The notes: generated by a model from the letters alone, not told the origin. Shown: positions 1 through 12,440, counted from the stretch's first letter. The stretch is DNA of 63,499 bases from Chiloscyllium plagiosum (GCF_004010195.1 NC_057719.1:2946236-3009734), one strand, 5' to 3'. A program made the numbers and translations.

Positions 1-240
1 GATGTGGTGAAATGGCCAAGTAAAACTTGTACTTTGTTATGCACAAGGCCGGATAAGGCAAGAGATAAACAATAGTAATGGGCACCGGGTTTGGAGTAGT
101 GAATCCTATATAAGATATGTACTTGCTAAACTCTGCCTTATTTCAGGCACCACGCTTGCAAAAGTATAATAAACATACTGATTGCTTCAGATCTTGTCTC
201 GGACTGAAATTATTGAAGTGAGTGAGCTTTGTTTCTCACA
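1..240 (+). mobile_element. Probable 3' part of an LTR (solo LTR or end of an LTR element), truncated by the window start
   Basis: TATATAA at ~107, AATAAA at ~168, and the segment ends in ...TTTCTCACA at 240. This is the U3-R-U5 order with a terminal CA. The 5' TG and TSD lie outside the window. Confidence 0.45.
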
Positions 241-699
241 TCCAGGTATGAAATTCAATGCTCTTGCATGATCCATTCTTCTGTTCCCTGACCCCAAAAC
301 AATCACAAATAAATTTGTTTAAAATGCATAATGAGTCTGTGAGGATTTCAGAGCCAAATGACAGGCCAATATTTGTCTAAAGATCCTACTTCAAACTAAA
401 TTTTCTCATATTGTTTCAGTTACACAAACACTGTTGCCTCTCGTTTTTAGATATTAGTGCAGGATGCTGCTGGAAAGTGAATGGATAGAAGTTGGGAGTA
501 GGCCATAGAGACCTCAAACCCGATCTAGCTTTCAAAGGGTTGGCGCTTAATTTCTTTTCTATCCCTTCCCTATCCTCATAGTTCATTTTCCCTTTTGTGC
601 TCAAAATTCTATCCCTGTTACTCAGTCTGTCCTCAATGCCTGAGCATATGCAGCTCTTTGGGGTAGAGAATTTTGAATTGTTTGAACTCTGTGAAGAAA

Positions 700-880
700 T
701 TGAGGCTGGTACAATTACAACACGTAAAAGTCATCTGGATGCTTATATGAATAGGAAACATTTAGAGGGATTTGGGCCAAATGCTGGCAAATGGGACTAG
801 ATTTATTTAGGATATCTGGTCGACATTGACAAGGGTCTGTTTCCGTGCAGTACATCTGTATGACTCTATGACTATACTGA
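700..880 (+). mobile_element. CR1 LINE 3' end fragment
   Basis: ORF2 C-terminus (EAGTITT..KSHLDAYMNR), then a CR1 3'UTR ending in a GACTCTATGACTAT tail. Confidence 0.8.
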
Positions 881-1221
881 ATCTGTCCTACTAGTGGAAC
901 AAGGCACACCCAGAGATGGTGATGATTTTGGTGTGGAACATAATGTGTAAGGTTTGATTCCGTGCATATGATTGTGTAAGGCTGTTACTTGACTAGTCTG
1001 TAAGACAGCTCTCCCAACTTTGGCACTAGGTTCCAGAACTCAGTAGTGAAGTATATGCAGGGGCTGATGTTTTCATTGTTATTTCTGGTGCCTAGGTCAA
1101 TGCCAGGTGGTCCATCTCACTTCATGACTTCTTGAGGTTTCTGGTGACTGATACAACTGAGTTGCTTACTAGGCCATTTAGAGGGCAGTTAAGAGTCAGA
1201 AACATTGCTATGGGTCACATA

Positions 1222-1670
1222 GTTAAAAATCACACAACACCAGGTTATAGTCCAACAAGTTTACTTGGAAGCACTAGCTTTCAGAGTGCTACTCCTTCAT
1301 CAGGTGATTGTGGAGAATAAGATTGCAAGACACAGAACTTATAGCAAAAATTTACAATGTGATGTAACTGAAATTACGTATTGAAAAAGACCTGGTTTAT
1401 TAAGTCTCTCATTTTTGGAATGACCATGTTGGTTTCAGTTCTTTCATATGTAAATCACAAAATCTTTTTTAAAAGTTACATTCTCAAGTGGACTTTAACA
1501 ATTGGTGTCATGTTGGCCCAGATAATGTATTGAAGGTGTTAACTTCCCGTGAGGCTGTCTGTGCCACAATGGTCAGACTGATTCTAATCTAAAAATGGAT
1601 TTACAGAATCTTACATGGATTCATGTAGTTTTTGAGCAAAGTAAAATGTAATTCTGCATGTACTTCTCCA
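1222..1670 (-). mobile_element. Penelope-like terminal repeat fragment, inserted into a LINE 3' end (~900-1870)
   Basis: Minus strand CCTGATGAAGGAGTAGCACTCTGAAAGCTAG...GGACTATAACCTGGTGTTGTGTGA. The same motif occurs at 4878-4960. The host LINE sequence ATGGGTCACAT appears on both sides (~1210 and ~1675). Confidence 0.6.
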
Positions 1671-2009
1671 AATCATGGGTCACATGTAAGCCAGACAAAG
1701 TAAGAACACTCACTTTTTCCTTCTGTGAAGGACATTAGTGACTGACGAGTTTTGCAATAACTGACAATGGATTCATGGTCATCATCAGACTTTTCATCAC
1801 AGATTTTATTGAACTCAAACTCCACTATTTACTGGGATTGGATTCAAACCCAAATCCCAAATTAATGTTCTCACTCACTTACAATGCCAATACACCATCG
1901 TCTCTCCCCTTCCCTGTGGGGTCATTCACTAGTATATTTGGGAAGATTTAAACTTGAGTGCCATCCCAAGACTGCCCAGCCCTCACTCAAACCAGCCTTA
2001 AAATATTGA

Positions 2010-2365
2010 CTTCATCTATACTTCCCACTGCCTCAGGAAAGCAACCAACATAATCTAAGACCCCTCCCACCCCAGTTATACTCTCTTCTACCCTCTTCTG
2101 ACTGGCAGAAAGTATAAAAGTTTGAATACCCCACAAACAGATTCAAGAACAGCTTCTTCCCTGCTGTTACCAGAATTTTGAATGGACATCTTTAATGTTA
2201 ATATTGATCTCTCTCTGCACCTTCTCGGCAGTTGTAACCTTGAATTCTGCACTCTGTTCTGCTACCCTGATGCACTTGTACGGTACAATCTGCCTGTAAA
2301 GCACGTAGGACAATACTTTTTACTGTACCTTAGTACATGTGACAGCAAGAAATCAAATCAAATCA
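2010..2365 (+). mobile_element. Non-LTR (Rex1/Babar-like) LINE 3' end
   Basis: Decayed ...GRKYKSL..PTNRFKNSFFPAV-type ORF end, then GTACATGTGACA and an (AAATC)n tail. Related tails lie on the minus strand at ~13100, ~24840 and ~62610. Confidence 0.55.
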
Positions 2366-2599
2366 GGACCTGAGTGGGAGAGACAAGAGAAGGAAAAAAT
2401 GCCAAGATAAATGATACAAAAGTGGAAAGGAAAAGTGAAAGACAGAGGCAACAAGGTTTGCAGCAAGTTGGACCATAGAAAAACATAATTGCATAAAAAT
2501 GATAAAAAGTTAAAGACAAAGGTTCTTTATCTGGATGCATGGAGCATTGGCAATAAAGTAGATGAATTAACAGTGCGCATAGTTGGAAACGACAAGGCA

Positions 2600-2768
2600 A
2601 AGTCACCAGATCACAGGACTACTCTCTCATTAGAGAGATAATTGCTGGTGAATTAACCTGAGGGTCACCACACCTCAGACCAGGGAGAGATTAAGAAAGA
2701 AAATCCTTCATGGTTACCTCAGCCAGTGTGGGAATTGAACCCAACCCACACTATTGGGGTCACTCAGC
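2600..2768 (-). mobile_element. tRNA-derived SINE, family 2
   Basis: Minus strand has a B-box-like GGTTCAATTCCC followed by GGCTGAGGTAACCATGAAGG...ACCCTCAGGTTAA...CTCTCTAATGAGAGAG. Matches copies at 11372 and 57963. Confidence 0.7.
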
Positions 2769-2776
2769 AATGGGGA

Positions 2777-2903
2777 GAAAGTGAGGTCTGCAGATGCTGG
2801 AGATCAGAGCTGAAAATGTGTTGCTGGAAAAGCGCAGCAGGTCAGGCAGCATCCAGGGAACAGGAGAATCGACATTTCGGGCATAAGCCCTTCTTCAGGA
2901 ATG
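2777..2903 (-). mobile_element. Penelope-like terminal repeat with hammerhead-like core
   Basis: Minus strand CCTGAAGAAGGGCTTATGCCCGAAATGTCG...CCAGCATCTGCAGACCTCACTTT. Same family as 38750 and 40209. Confidence 0.7.
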
Positions 2904-3264
2904 TTCAACAACTGAATAACAGATGAAAGGCTGACCCCTATGATCTGATTAATTAAGGCAGAGAGATAATTACAAAAAATAAAAAGTATTTTTTGATTCT
3001 ATGAAGATGGTGCTAGAGACAAGAGTTGCATGACAAGGGACTAGCCAAAGTAACAAGTAATCCAAAACTGTACAAACAAATTATGGTAGAGAGATCTTAA
3101 CAAATTATCAAGGTGATGGTGTTAAAACAGAGCAGCAAGGATGATTTTACAAACACAGAACAGTACACGTAGCACAATATGAACCGAAAATCACCCAAAA
3201 TCCAAAAACAGTTGAGGCCATCTTCATGGGTATAAAACTAAGCTATCAGTTTCTGCTCGGCAAT

Positions 3265-3597
3265 TTTGTCATTTACATAAATGATTTGGATGTGAGCTTA
3301 AGAGGTATAGTTAGTAGGTTTGTAGATGACACCAAAATTGGAGGTATTATGGACAGTGAAGAAGATTACCTCGAATTACAACGGGATCTTGATCAGGTGA
3401 GCCAATGCGCTGAGGAGTGGCAGATGGGGTTTAATTTAGATAAATGCGAAGCGCTGCATTTTGGGAAAGCAAATCTTAGCAGGACTTGTACACTTAATGG
3501 TAATGTCCTAGGGAGTGTTGCTGAACAAAGAGACCTTGGAGTGCAGGTTCATAGCTCTTTGAAAGTAGAGTCGCAGGTAGATAGTATAGTGAAGGTC
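3265..3597 (+). mobile_element. CR1 LINE reverse transcriptase fragment
   Basis: FVIYINDLD..FVDDTKIGG..LQRDLD..W..FN.DKC..LHFG in ORF 3226-3615. Confidence 0.92.
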
Positions 3598-3629
3598 ATG
3601 TCTTTTTGTGGCTAGTTGGTGCTCATGTA

Positions 3630-4085
3630 TCCTGGTGGCTAGTTTTCTACATTGGACAAACAGGCAGAAAAAGACATGACCCTCTCTCACTAGTATCCTC
3701 ACGTATGGAGGAGGGAGGACACCACTTCGACTAGGACAACACATCCATCCCAGGACAAGCCAAACAAAGCACGAGAATTCCTGGAAGCATGGCATTCCAA
3801 CCAGAACTCTATCAACAAACACATCAAGTTAGACCCCATCTACCATCCCCTGAAAAAAGGAACCGGAAGTGACTTCACCACAGGAAATAACATCATCACA
3901 GGAAATGACATTACAACCCAAACATATAAATAGAAAGCAGGAATTTTCAGCATTGCTTCGCCTGAGGCCCACTGAAGATGTTACCTAGTAAGGTAATGAA
4001 ATGTCTGGAAATGAACCTTCCAGCTCAGCGAGCAAACCTACATCCAAAACCTCAACCTGAGCTACAAATCTTCGCAAAACTTACT
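3630..4085 (+). mobile_element. Penelope-like element 3' part (GIY-YIG C-terminus plus terminal repeat)
   Basis: Encodes AREFLEAWHSNQNSINKHIKLDPIY. Terminal CTGAAGATGTTACCTAGTAAGGTAATGAAA core at ~3972. Confidence 0.8.
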
Positions 4086-4094
4086 AAGTCCTTG

Positions 4095-4970
4095 ACCATA
4101 GAAATGTTCCCTGACTGGGAGTGAATACTGCTGCCGAGAGATTGTTGTACGTTGTCTATTCATTCATTGTCATAGTGTGCGCGTGGTCTCACTGATATAC
4201 CATGCCTCGGGGCATCCTTGCCTGAAGTGTATGAGGCAGACAACATTGGCCGAGTCACATGAGTATCTACTGTGTATGTGGTTCTTCACAACTTTAAACA
4301 TGTCATCAATGATGACAAACATCTTGCCAGGGCCATCCCTGTGCCCCCACTCCTTACCTTCAAACAATTGCCAAACCTCAAACAGGCCATCAGTCGCAGC
4401 AAACTACCCAGCCTTCAGGAAAATAGTCTCAACAACACAACACAATCCTGCCATGGAACCTCTGCAAGATATGCCAGATCATCAATATGAATACTACCAT
4501 CACACATGGGAACACCAATCACCACATACATGGATTACTTGTTACTTTGGACAGACCCTTGTCACGCAACTCTTATACATGTTATTCCAGCCGTTTGGTT
4601 TGTCTCTAGCACCATCTTAAATTTTATTTTTTTGTAATTATTTCTCGGCCTTAACTAATTGGATCATGGGCCATCCCTTCACTTGCTATTTCAGCTATTG
4701 ACATCTTACTCACATCGTTTGACACTTTTGATCACCTGCAAAGACTGGCTATTCAGCCTGTCAACACTTTAGTCACACCATTTGTACTATCTTGTGACAT
4801 TCTTAATTATCTAGAATTATCTTGCAATGATCTCCCCACCTATAAATTCTGTGTTTGCACGCTTCCCTCCACTTCACCTGATGAAGGAGCAGCAGTCCAA
4901 ACGCTTGTGCTCTCAATTAAACCTGTTGGAAGATAATCGGGTGTTGTGGGACTTCTGAATTTGGCTATTT
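4095..4970. mobile_element. Penelope-like element with internal inversion
   Basis: Minus 4095-4275 encodes the GIY-YIG motif RYSCDSANVVCLI..RQGCPEAWYISETTRTL. Plus 4280-4530 encodes PPLLTFKQLPNLKQAISRSKLP..SCHG. A plus-strand terminal repeat CTGATGAAGGAGCAGC lies at ~4878. Confidence 0.8.
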
Positions 4971-6084
4971 CCACAATATAGTGCTTAGTTTGTGAATTGC
5001 CCTCTTCAGTTCTTTCAAATTCCCATTCTCTTTTAGACATTTAAGCTCAATTGTCTACGTGATTCCTTGGAAACTCATACAGAGTAAACACTTTAAGTGA
5101 TGTCAGACATGTGGTCGGTTAGATAAAGCTGGGCTTGCAGTGCTGTATTCCTCTAACTTACCAGTTGTACATGATTGCAATGTGCTTAATATTGGAAAGT
5201 GATTGAAAATGCTGGAAAAGCAATTCTTAACAAACAATAGATTCACAACCAAAATGGTAATTGTACTTTTGCATTACAGAATAAAAGTAGGACAACATAA
5301 ATTGGTGAATGCAAGACTCTCAAGGTTTGCCAGATTTTCCTTCCCAAGATTTGAATAAAGGCTTTTGATTCTTCACTGTCTCAAGTCATTAACTCAATTG
5401 TGTCTTAAATACTCCAGACAGAAATACTTCAGCTGCCTCAACCTTTCTCTTTTAATGGTAACAAACCTTTATTGAGCTGTGGTGGAGAGCATTTGCTAAC
5501 ACTGCTGCATTTCTCAGGATTTTGTGCAGATTTTGTCAAGTTATTGAAAAAGCTTCAGTGAGAAGAAATATTTAGGAAGCATTTGTTACCTGTGGCAAAC
5601 ATCAGCCTAGTTTTTACTGACGCCAACTGTCATGCTTATTATTGCAGGCCTTGAGGGTGGCCAGTAGTTTGGAAGTTCTCAGTCCTTGTAATAGCTTTTC
5701 TCCCTCAGGCTGATAGAAACACTGATTAGCAACCTTTCCATCATCTGTTTAATTGTATAAAATGAGGAGACTTTACATACTGTTATTATTTTGACTTCAA
5801 ATTTATCCCTATGAGAGACAGGAACCTATACTGAGTGCTGAGACCTGAGGGTTGGGTTGGAGAGAAGGAGATAAAATGAGAAATTGAAAAATGGGAAGAT
5901 AAAATGAATTAAGAAAGGGATGAGTAAATAAAACGATACACAGCTGCTGAAATTCTTGTTGGGGCAAGGTGTGAGCAGGGTGAATCTCTGCTTGCAGAAC
6001 TGAAAATTGCTAGATTTTCTTTCCAAAGAATCCTAGTTGAAGTGTTGTATGAACCCTGCCCAATGAGCTGCTGCATAGACCCAA

Positions 6085-7132
6085 ACAAAGAACTGTGGAT
6101 TTTGGACATCTGAAATGAAAGGAGAAATCACTGGAGAAACTTAGCAGCTTTGGCATTGTCTGTGGAGAGAAAGCAGAGTTAACATTTTAGGTCTGGAGAC
6201 CCTTTTTCAGAACTGAGAGTAGCTAGGAAAAGATAGATTAGATTAGATTAGATTCCCTACAATTTGGCAACAGGGCATTTGGCCCAACAAGTGCACACCG
6301 ACCTTTCGAAAAGCAACCCATCCAGACCCATTTCCCTCTGACTAATGCACCTAACACCGTGGGCAATCTAGCATAGCCAATCCACCTGACCTGCACATCT
6401 TTGGTGTGTGGGAGGAAACTGGAGCACCTGGAGGAAACCCACATAGACGCAGGGAGAATGTGCAAACTCTAAACAGACAGTTGCCTGAGGCTGGAATCAA
6501 AACTGGGAGACTGGTGCTGTGAGGCCGCAGTGCTAACCACTGAGCAACCAAGCCATCGTGCTTAAGTGAAGTCAGGGCTGGGCAGGGGAGAGGGAAAGCA
6601 GTGAAGGGAAAGATGGAGATGGAGCCTGGAAAGACAAAAAGATGGTTAGAGAGTCAAAACAATGGCTAGTGTGCTCAGGAGAAAGATAAACAAAAATTGG
6701 GGACTATAAGTAGGTGAAGTAGGTAGGCTGTGCTGAAATCAGTCCATGTAATGACCGGGCCTGGGGTATCAGGGTGGGCAAAGAATATAGAAGGAGATGT
6801 TCAGGTTCTAAAATTGTTGAACTCAATGTTGAATCCAGAAGGCTGCAGGGTCCCTGTTAGAAACGAAAGTCGCTTCTCAATAATCGCTCTAGACAAATTC
6901 AGGAAAACAAAGTTTTACCAGAAGGCTGCAGGGTCCCCAAGTGGAAAAATGAGATGCTGTACTTCCAGCTTGTACCGAGCTTCACTGGAGCACTGCAACA
7001 AGCTTGAGAGAGAGATGTTGGCCAGGAAACAGGGTGGGATGTTAAAGTGGCAGGCAGCTGGAAGCTCAGGGTCTGTTTTGCAGACAGAATGATAGTATGT
7101 TCCACAAAGCAGTTGTTCAGTCTGCACATTCA
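6085..7132 (-). mobile_element. Penelope-like element, interrupted by an HE1 SINE and a 63-bp insert
   Basis: Minus strand encodes SVCKTDPELPAACHFNIPP..LLQCSSEARYKLEVQHLIF..GTLQPSGFNIEFNNF (GIY-YIG C-terminus). Terminal repeat at 6085-6215. Confidence 0.75.
6234..6561 (-). mobile_element. HE1-like V-SINE
   Basis: tRNA head (TGCTCAGTGGTTAGCAC), V-domain (GAGTTTGCACATTCTCC..GGGTTTCCTCCAGGTGCTCC) and (AATCT)n tail. Confidence 0.9.
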
Positions 7133-8127
7133 ACAGATCGTCTGCCTGTCGTGGGCAGCAACTACACTTTAGAATGACCCTGGAGCCATAATGTGTCGTG
7201 CTCATCATACACTTCAGAAGATGTGTTACCTTGTTTAGTTCAATAGAAAGGTTTGTACCTCGATAATTCTTTCCCAGGTTTTTACTGAACCTTGACTGCA
7301 CTACTTTTGTTTTAAACATTCGTCTGCAGTTGAGGTAATTGATCTCACTTTGGAGCCCAAGAATAGCACACAACATTGAAATCCTTGGAAAGAAACAAAT
7401 CAATTTGGACCATGGTTCATGAATTTCACAATTGCTGTTGTTTTTCTCACAGTATCTTTGGGCCAGTTGAAGACTGACTGATACAGTACATTGCCACAAT
7501 TGATCAACAGCTCCATTATTATTTCATACAAAACCATTGGAGTTTTATAAACAGAATGTGGCTTTTTGGCCCAACATATCTGTACTAATTGACAAAACAT
7601 TACCAGCTGCTATAATCTTCAATTAGATAATTCTTCAAGAGGATGGGAAAATGTGTTTTAAATTACAAGAGTTTCTGCAGCCACACATTCAGGCAATTTA
7701 TTTCAGGATCCCACTACCCTCTGAGTGAACAAAATATTTCCTTATCCTCCCCCGCAAATCTACCAATTTCTTTACAATTACAATTCCCCGGTTCTAAACC
7801 CCTTTACTGACATAAATACATCAACCATCTTTACTCCAGGTTCTTCATCAATTTATACACCTCAATTAATACACTCCTCAGCTTCCTCTGCTCCAGGACA
7901 AACAAGCCAGCCAATCCACTCTATCCTTACAACTAAAATTCTCCAGTTCTGGCAACAGCTTTGGAGTCTACACCCTCTCCAATGCACTCATATCTTTGCT
8001 GTAATCAGGACTGAATGTTAATGTTAACATAACTAATGTTGTCTGCAGTTTGAGCATAAACTCTCTACTCTTATTGTCTGTGCCTCAGCTAATACAGCAT
8101 ATCATTTGCCTTCTTCAGCACTTTCTC

Positions 8128-9465
8128 AAACTTTTCCAGCACAGCTACAACACTGGCATCTACCCGACAATGTGGGAAATTGCCCAGGTATGTCCTGTAC
8201 ACAAAAAGTAAGAAAAATCCAATCCAACTGATTCCCTCCCATCAGTCTACTCTTGATCATCAATAAAGTGATGGAAGGGGTCATCAAAAGGTCATCAAGC
8301 AGCATCTGCTCAGCAATAACCTGCTCAGTGATGCCCAGTTTGGGTTCTGCCAGGGCCACTCAGCTCCTGACCTCATTACGGCCTTGGTTTAAACATGGAC
8401 AAAAATATTGAATTCCAGAGGGGGAGATGAGAGTGATAGTTCTTAATATGAGGGCCACATTCAATTGATTGTGGCACCAAGGAGCCCTAGCAAAACTGGA
8501 ATCAATAGGCATCAGGGTGCAAACTCTGGTTTAACTCATACCTGGCAAATAGGAGGATGGCCATGGCTGTCAGTCATCTCAGCTCCAGGGCAACTCTGCA
8601 GGAGTTCCTCAGGGTGGTTTTCCCAGGCTGAACCAATTTCAGCTGCTTCATCAATGACCTTCCTTCCATTATAAGGTCAGAAGTGGAGATGTTTGCTAAT
8701 GATTGCACAATATTCAGCACCATTCATGACTCCTCAGATACTGAAGCAGTTTATGTGCAAATGCAACAAGATCTGGACAATATCCAGGCTCGGACTGGCA
8801 GATGGCAGGTAAATTCACACCACACAAATACCAGGCAAGCAACCATCTCCACTAAGAGACAATCTGACCTCCACCCCTTCACATTCAATGGTGTTACCAT
8901 CACAGAAGCCCCATTATCAACATCTTGTGAGTTACCCATTGACCAGAAACTCATATAAAAGAGTAAAATAAATGGCTAAAAGAGCAGTTCAGAGATGAGG
9001 TATACTGTGGCAAGTAACTCACTCCCTGGCTCGCTAAAGTCTGTTTGCCATCTACATGGTGTAAGTTATGATCTCTACTTGCCTGGATGGATGCAGCTTC
9101 AACAACAGTCAAGATGCTCATTACCATCCAGGCCAAAGCAGCTGCTTGATTGGCATCACATCCAAATACATCCACTCTGTCCACCTGCTTATTAGCAGCA
9201 GTGTGTGCCATCTACAAGATTCACAGACAGCACCATCTAAACCCATGGACACTTCCATCCAAAAGGACAAAGGCAGCAGATAAATGGGAACACCACCCAC
9301 TTGAAGTTCCTCTCCAAAACACTCACTATCCTGATTTGGAAATATATCACCATTCCTTTATTGTCGCTGGGTCAAAATTCTGGAATTCTCTCCTTGAGGG
9401 CATTGTGGGTCAACCTACATATGGACTGCAGCAGTTCAAGAAGGCACTGACCCCCACCTTCTAAA
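8128..9465 (+). mobile_element. Decayed LINE RT, CR1/L2 superfamily, distinct from the dominant CR1 family
   Basis: Frameshifted RT motifs: TGIYPTMW.IAQVCPVHKK, PISLL, NNLLSDAQFGF, GVPQG, FINDLP, MFANDCT, QQDLDNIQA. The 3' end resumes after the SINE at ~9800. Confidence 0.8.
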
Positions 9466-9471
9466 CATGAG

Positions 9472-9799
9472 AGCGGCTTGGTGACTCAGTGGTTAGCAGT
9501 GCTGCATCACAGCGCTAGGGACCCGAGTTAGATCCCACCTTGGGGTGATTGTGTGGAGTTTGCACATTCTCCTCTCATATGCACAGGTTTCCTCCAGGTG
9601 CTCCAGTTTCCTCCTGCAGTCCAAACGTGTGTAGGTTAGATGGATTGGCCATGCTAAATTGCCCCTAATGTCCAGGGATTTGCAGACTAGGTGGGTTTGC
9701 CATGGGAAATGCTACAGGGTTGGGATGGGTCTGGGTGAGCTGCTCTTGGAGGACTGGATGGGCTGAATAGCCTGTTTCCACACTGTAGGGATTCTATGA
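9472..9799 (+). mobile_element. HE1-like V-SINE
   Basis: GGTGACTCAGTGGTTAGCAG head, V-domain, CCTGTTTCCACACTGTAGGGATTCTATG tail. Confidence 0.88.
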
Positions 9800-10369
9800 A
9801 CAAGGGATGGGCAATAAATGCTGGCCACTTCTTCACATTGAATTCCATGTTACAGTGACCATGCTCTCCCAGGCCATCTACAGCTTTTCTCCTCACTCTC
9901 AATCACAGTCAATTCAGGTAAAACATAGCATGTTTCTTACATTGCAGACTAAATCATTAAAATAAATGATCAGATCGGGAGAAGGCAAACCTGAATAAAC
10001 TCAGTCTTCAGTGTAAAGCAATTCTTAATTTTTTATAAAATGAAACACAAAGAGTTCCAAGGATAATGAGCATATTTTGGCATACACAGTGCCCATTTCC
10101 AGTACAGAAGTATTGGCAAAGTGGCTTCCTTCTCTGCTCTAGTTCTGTGAGCTGTTTGGACCCATCTGTGAGAACACACCAATACGATGCAATCAGATCA
10201 TTGTTGTAAACTACGTCCTGCATTGTTTAAAACGGACTGCAGATAAACAGTGGACGTTGGCAAACTTGGCAGCCAGATGACTCCCCAGCTCAAGAGGAGT
10301 TCACTTGCAAGAACCTATTTGCCAGCTGCCAGACACTTAAAAGCTGAGCTCATTAGGTAACAAAATAAA

Positions 10370-10570
10370 AACCATAAAAACTGCAGATGTTGGAAATCAG
10401 AAACAAAAACAGAAATTGCTGGAAAAGCTCAGCAGGTCTGGCAACAGCTGTGGAGAGAAATCAGAATTAATATTTCAGGTTCACTTCTGAAGAAGGGTCA
10501 TTGAACCCAAAATGTTAACTGACTTCTCTCACAGATCTGCTGAGCCTTTCCAGCAATTTCAGTTTTGCTT
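10370..10570. mobile_element. Palindromic Penelope-like terminal repeat pair
   Basis: GAAATTGCTGGAAAAGCTCAGCAG at ~10412 is inverted as CTGCTGAGCCTTTCCAGCAATTTC at ~10537. Central CTGAAGAAGGGTCATTGAACCCAAAA. Confidence 0.6.
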
Positions 10571-10883
10571 ATTACGTAATACTTTAGTTTAATAATTATT
10601 CTACCCACTACACTTACAATAATTTCTTCAGGGTCTCCTTTTGAAAAATCACAGTAGACATTGATATCCTGCTCTGTCTATTTTCTGCACAGCCAACACA
10701 ATAAACATGTCTTCTTTCTGCTACTACGTCTAGCTCACATTCGTTCATCAGGAAATTGCAATTGTGCAAATCACCAGACTGAAAATCAATCATGATTCAA
10801 ATGAAAATTTGCCACTATTTTATATTATTTCAGTGAGTGGTAAAGCTATAGAATAAGATCCATGGGAAGACAGTGAAAGTGTA

Positions 10884-11133
10884 CAGAATCCCTATGGTGC
10901 GGAAGAGGCCAATTGTCCCATTGTCTGCACCAACCCCCTGAAGAGCATCCCACCCAGACCCAGCACCCCACCCTATCCCCACAATTCCCATGGCCAATCC
11001 TCCCAAGCACACATCTTTGGATTACAGCAAGCCCATGCAGATGTGGGGAGATCATGGAAACTCTACACAGACTGTCATCCAAGGCTGGAAATAAACTCAG
11101 GTCCCTGGGGCTGTGAGGCAGCAGCGGCAACCA
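10884..11133 (-). mobile_element. HE1-like V-SINE (deleted, degenerate)
   Basis: AGAATCCCTATGGTGCGGAAGAGGCC tail and CTGTGAGGCAGCAG head, both inverted. Confidence 0.8.
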
Positions 11134-11371
11134 TCATGTTACCCTATTGAGTATTCTATTCTAGTGGGTATTTATTCTTGAAAATAACACTTTAGAATCA
11201 GTGACTTGAGGCATAATGTGGAGTTAAACGAATCTATGTTGTAGCAACAAGCCATTAAGGCCAGCGGGGCTTATCAGTGTTTGTGCTCCACATGAACTTC
11301 CTCCCACTGTACTTCAACTCACCATATTTGCATAACCTAATCCTTTTCCCCTCCTGTATTGATTATCTCCA

Positions 11372-11570
11372 TTGGACAGCTGGTTTGCAATATAGTGTTA
11401 TGTCAGCAGGATGGGATCAATTCCCACAATGGCTGAGGTTGCCATGAAGGACTCTGTTTTACAACTTCTCCCCTTGCCTAAAGTGTGTGACTGTTAGGTT
11501 AAACTAACACCAGTTGGCTCTCTCTAATGACACAGCAGGTCTATAATCTGGTAGGCTGAAGGTGACTTAG
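11372..11570 (+). mobile_element. tRNA-derived SINE, family 2
   Basis: GGGATCAATTCCC..GGCTGAGGTTGCCATGAAGGACTCT..AGGTTAAAC..CTCTCTAATGA, matching the 2600 and 57963 copies. Confidence 0.7.
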
Positions 11571-11759
11571 TTATCTAGCTCCTGTGAGACACACTTAGGT
11601 GATTCACCTCAAACTTTATATGATGAGTTACACTATCTAGCCACATTCTCAGTAAACCCTGAATTCCTTGTTAGATTTATTAGTGATTATGTTCTCTAGT
11701 TTTGGACAACGCCCATTAGTGGAAACATTTTCTCTTCAACGACTCAAATAAACCCTATC

Positions 11760-12032
11760 ATGTAAGTTTGCTCACTGAGCTGGAAGGTTCATTTTCAGAC
11801 CTTTCATCACCATACTGGGTGACATCACCAGTGAGCCTCCGGTGAAGCACTAGTGTTATGGCCCACTTTCTATTTATGTGTTCAGGTACCCTTGGGTTGG
11901 TGATGTTATTTCCTGTAGTGTTATCATGTCCTGTGTTGGTGATGTCATTTCCTGTTCTTTTTCTCAGTGGGTGATGGATGGGATCCAAATCAATGTGTTT
12001 GTTGACAGAGTTCCAGCCGGAATGCCATGCTA
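11760..12032 (-). mobile_element. Penelope-like element 3' part
   Basis: ORF 11758-12036 AWHSGWNSVNKHIDLDPIH. Terminal core CTGGTGATGTCACCCAGTATGGTGATGAAAG. Same family as 3630-4085. Confidence 0.8.
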
Positions 12033-12116
12033 TCATAATCTCAAATAAAGGTTACCTTAAGCCATGTCTTTTCTCGAACAAAGGCTCCAGTCTGTTCAGT
12101 CTTCCAGTTGGGTGGC

Positions 12117-12440
12117 TTGGTGGCATGGTGGCTCAGGGGTTAGCACAGTTGCCTCACAGCACCAGGGACCTGGGTTCAATTTGAGCCTTGGGTGACTGTT
12201 GGTGTGGAGTTTGCATGTTCTCCCCGTGTCTGTGTGAGTTTCTGACAGGTGCTTTTGATTCCTCCTAAAGTCCGCAGAGTTGCAGGTTAGATGGATTGGC
12301 CATTCTAAATTGTCCATAGTGGCATGGATTTGTGAGCTATCAATGGGAGATTTGGGGGCCTTGGTAGGATACATTTGGAGGGCCGGTGCAGACTCAGTGG
12401 TCCAAGAGGCTTCTTTCCACAGTGTAGGGATCCTATGATG
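12117..12440 (+). mobile_element. HE1-like V-SINE
   Basis: GGTGGCATGGTGGCTCAGGGGTTAGCAC head plus V-domain plus tail. Confidence 0.88.

Noticed and set aside
6915..7499. 194-aa ORF as a single intact protein
   Set aside because: Chimeric: the C-terminal ~70 aa are Penelope GIY-YIG sequence fused by chance to unique sequence.
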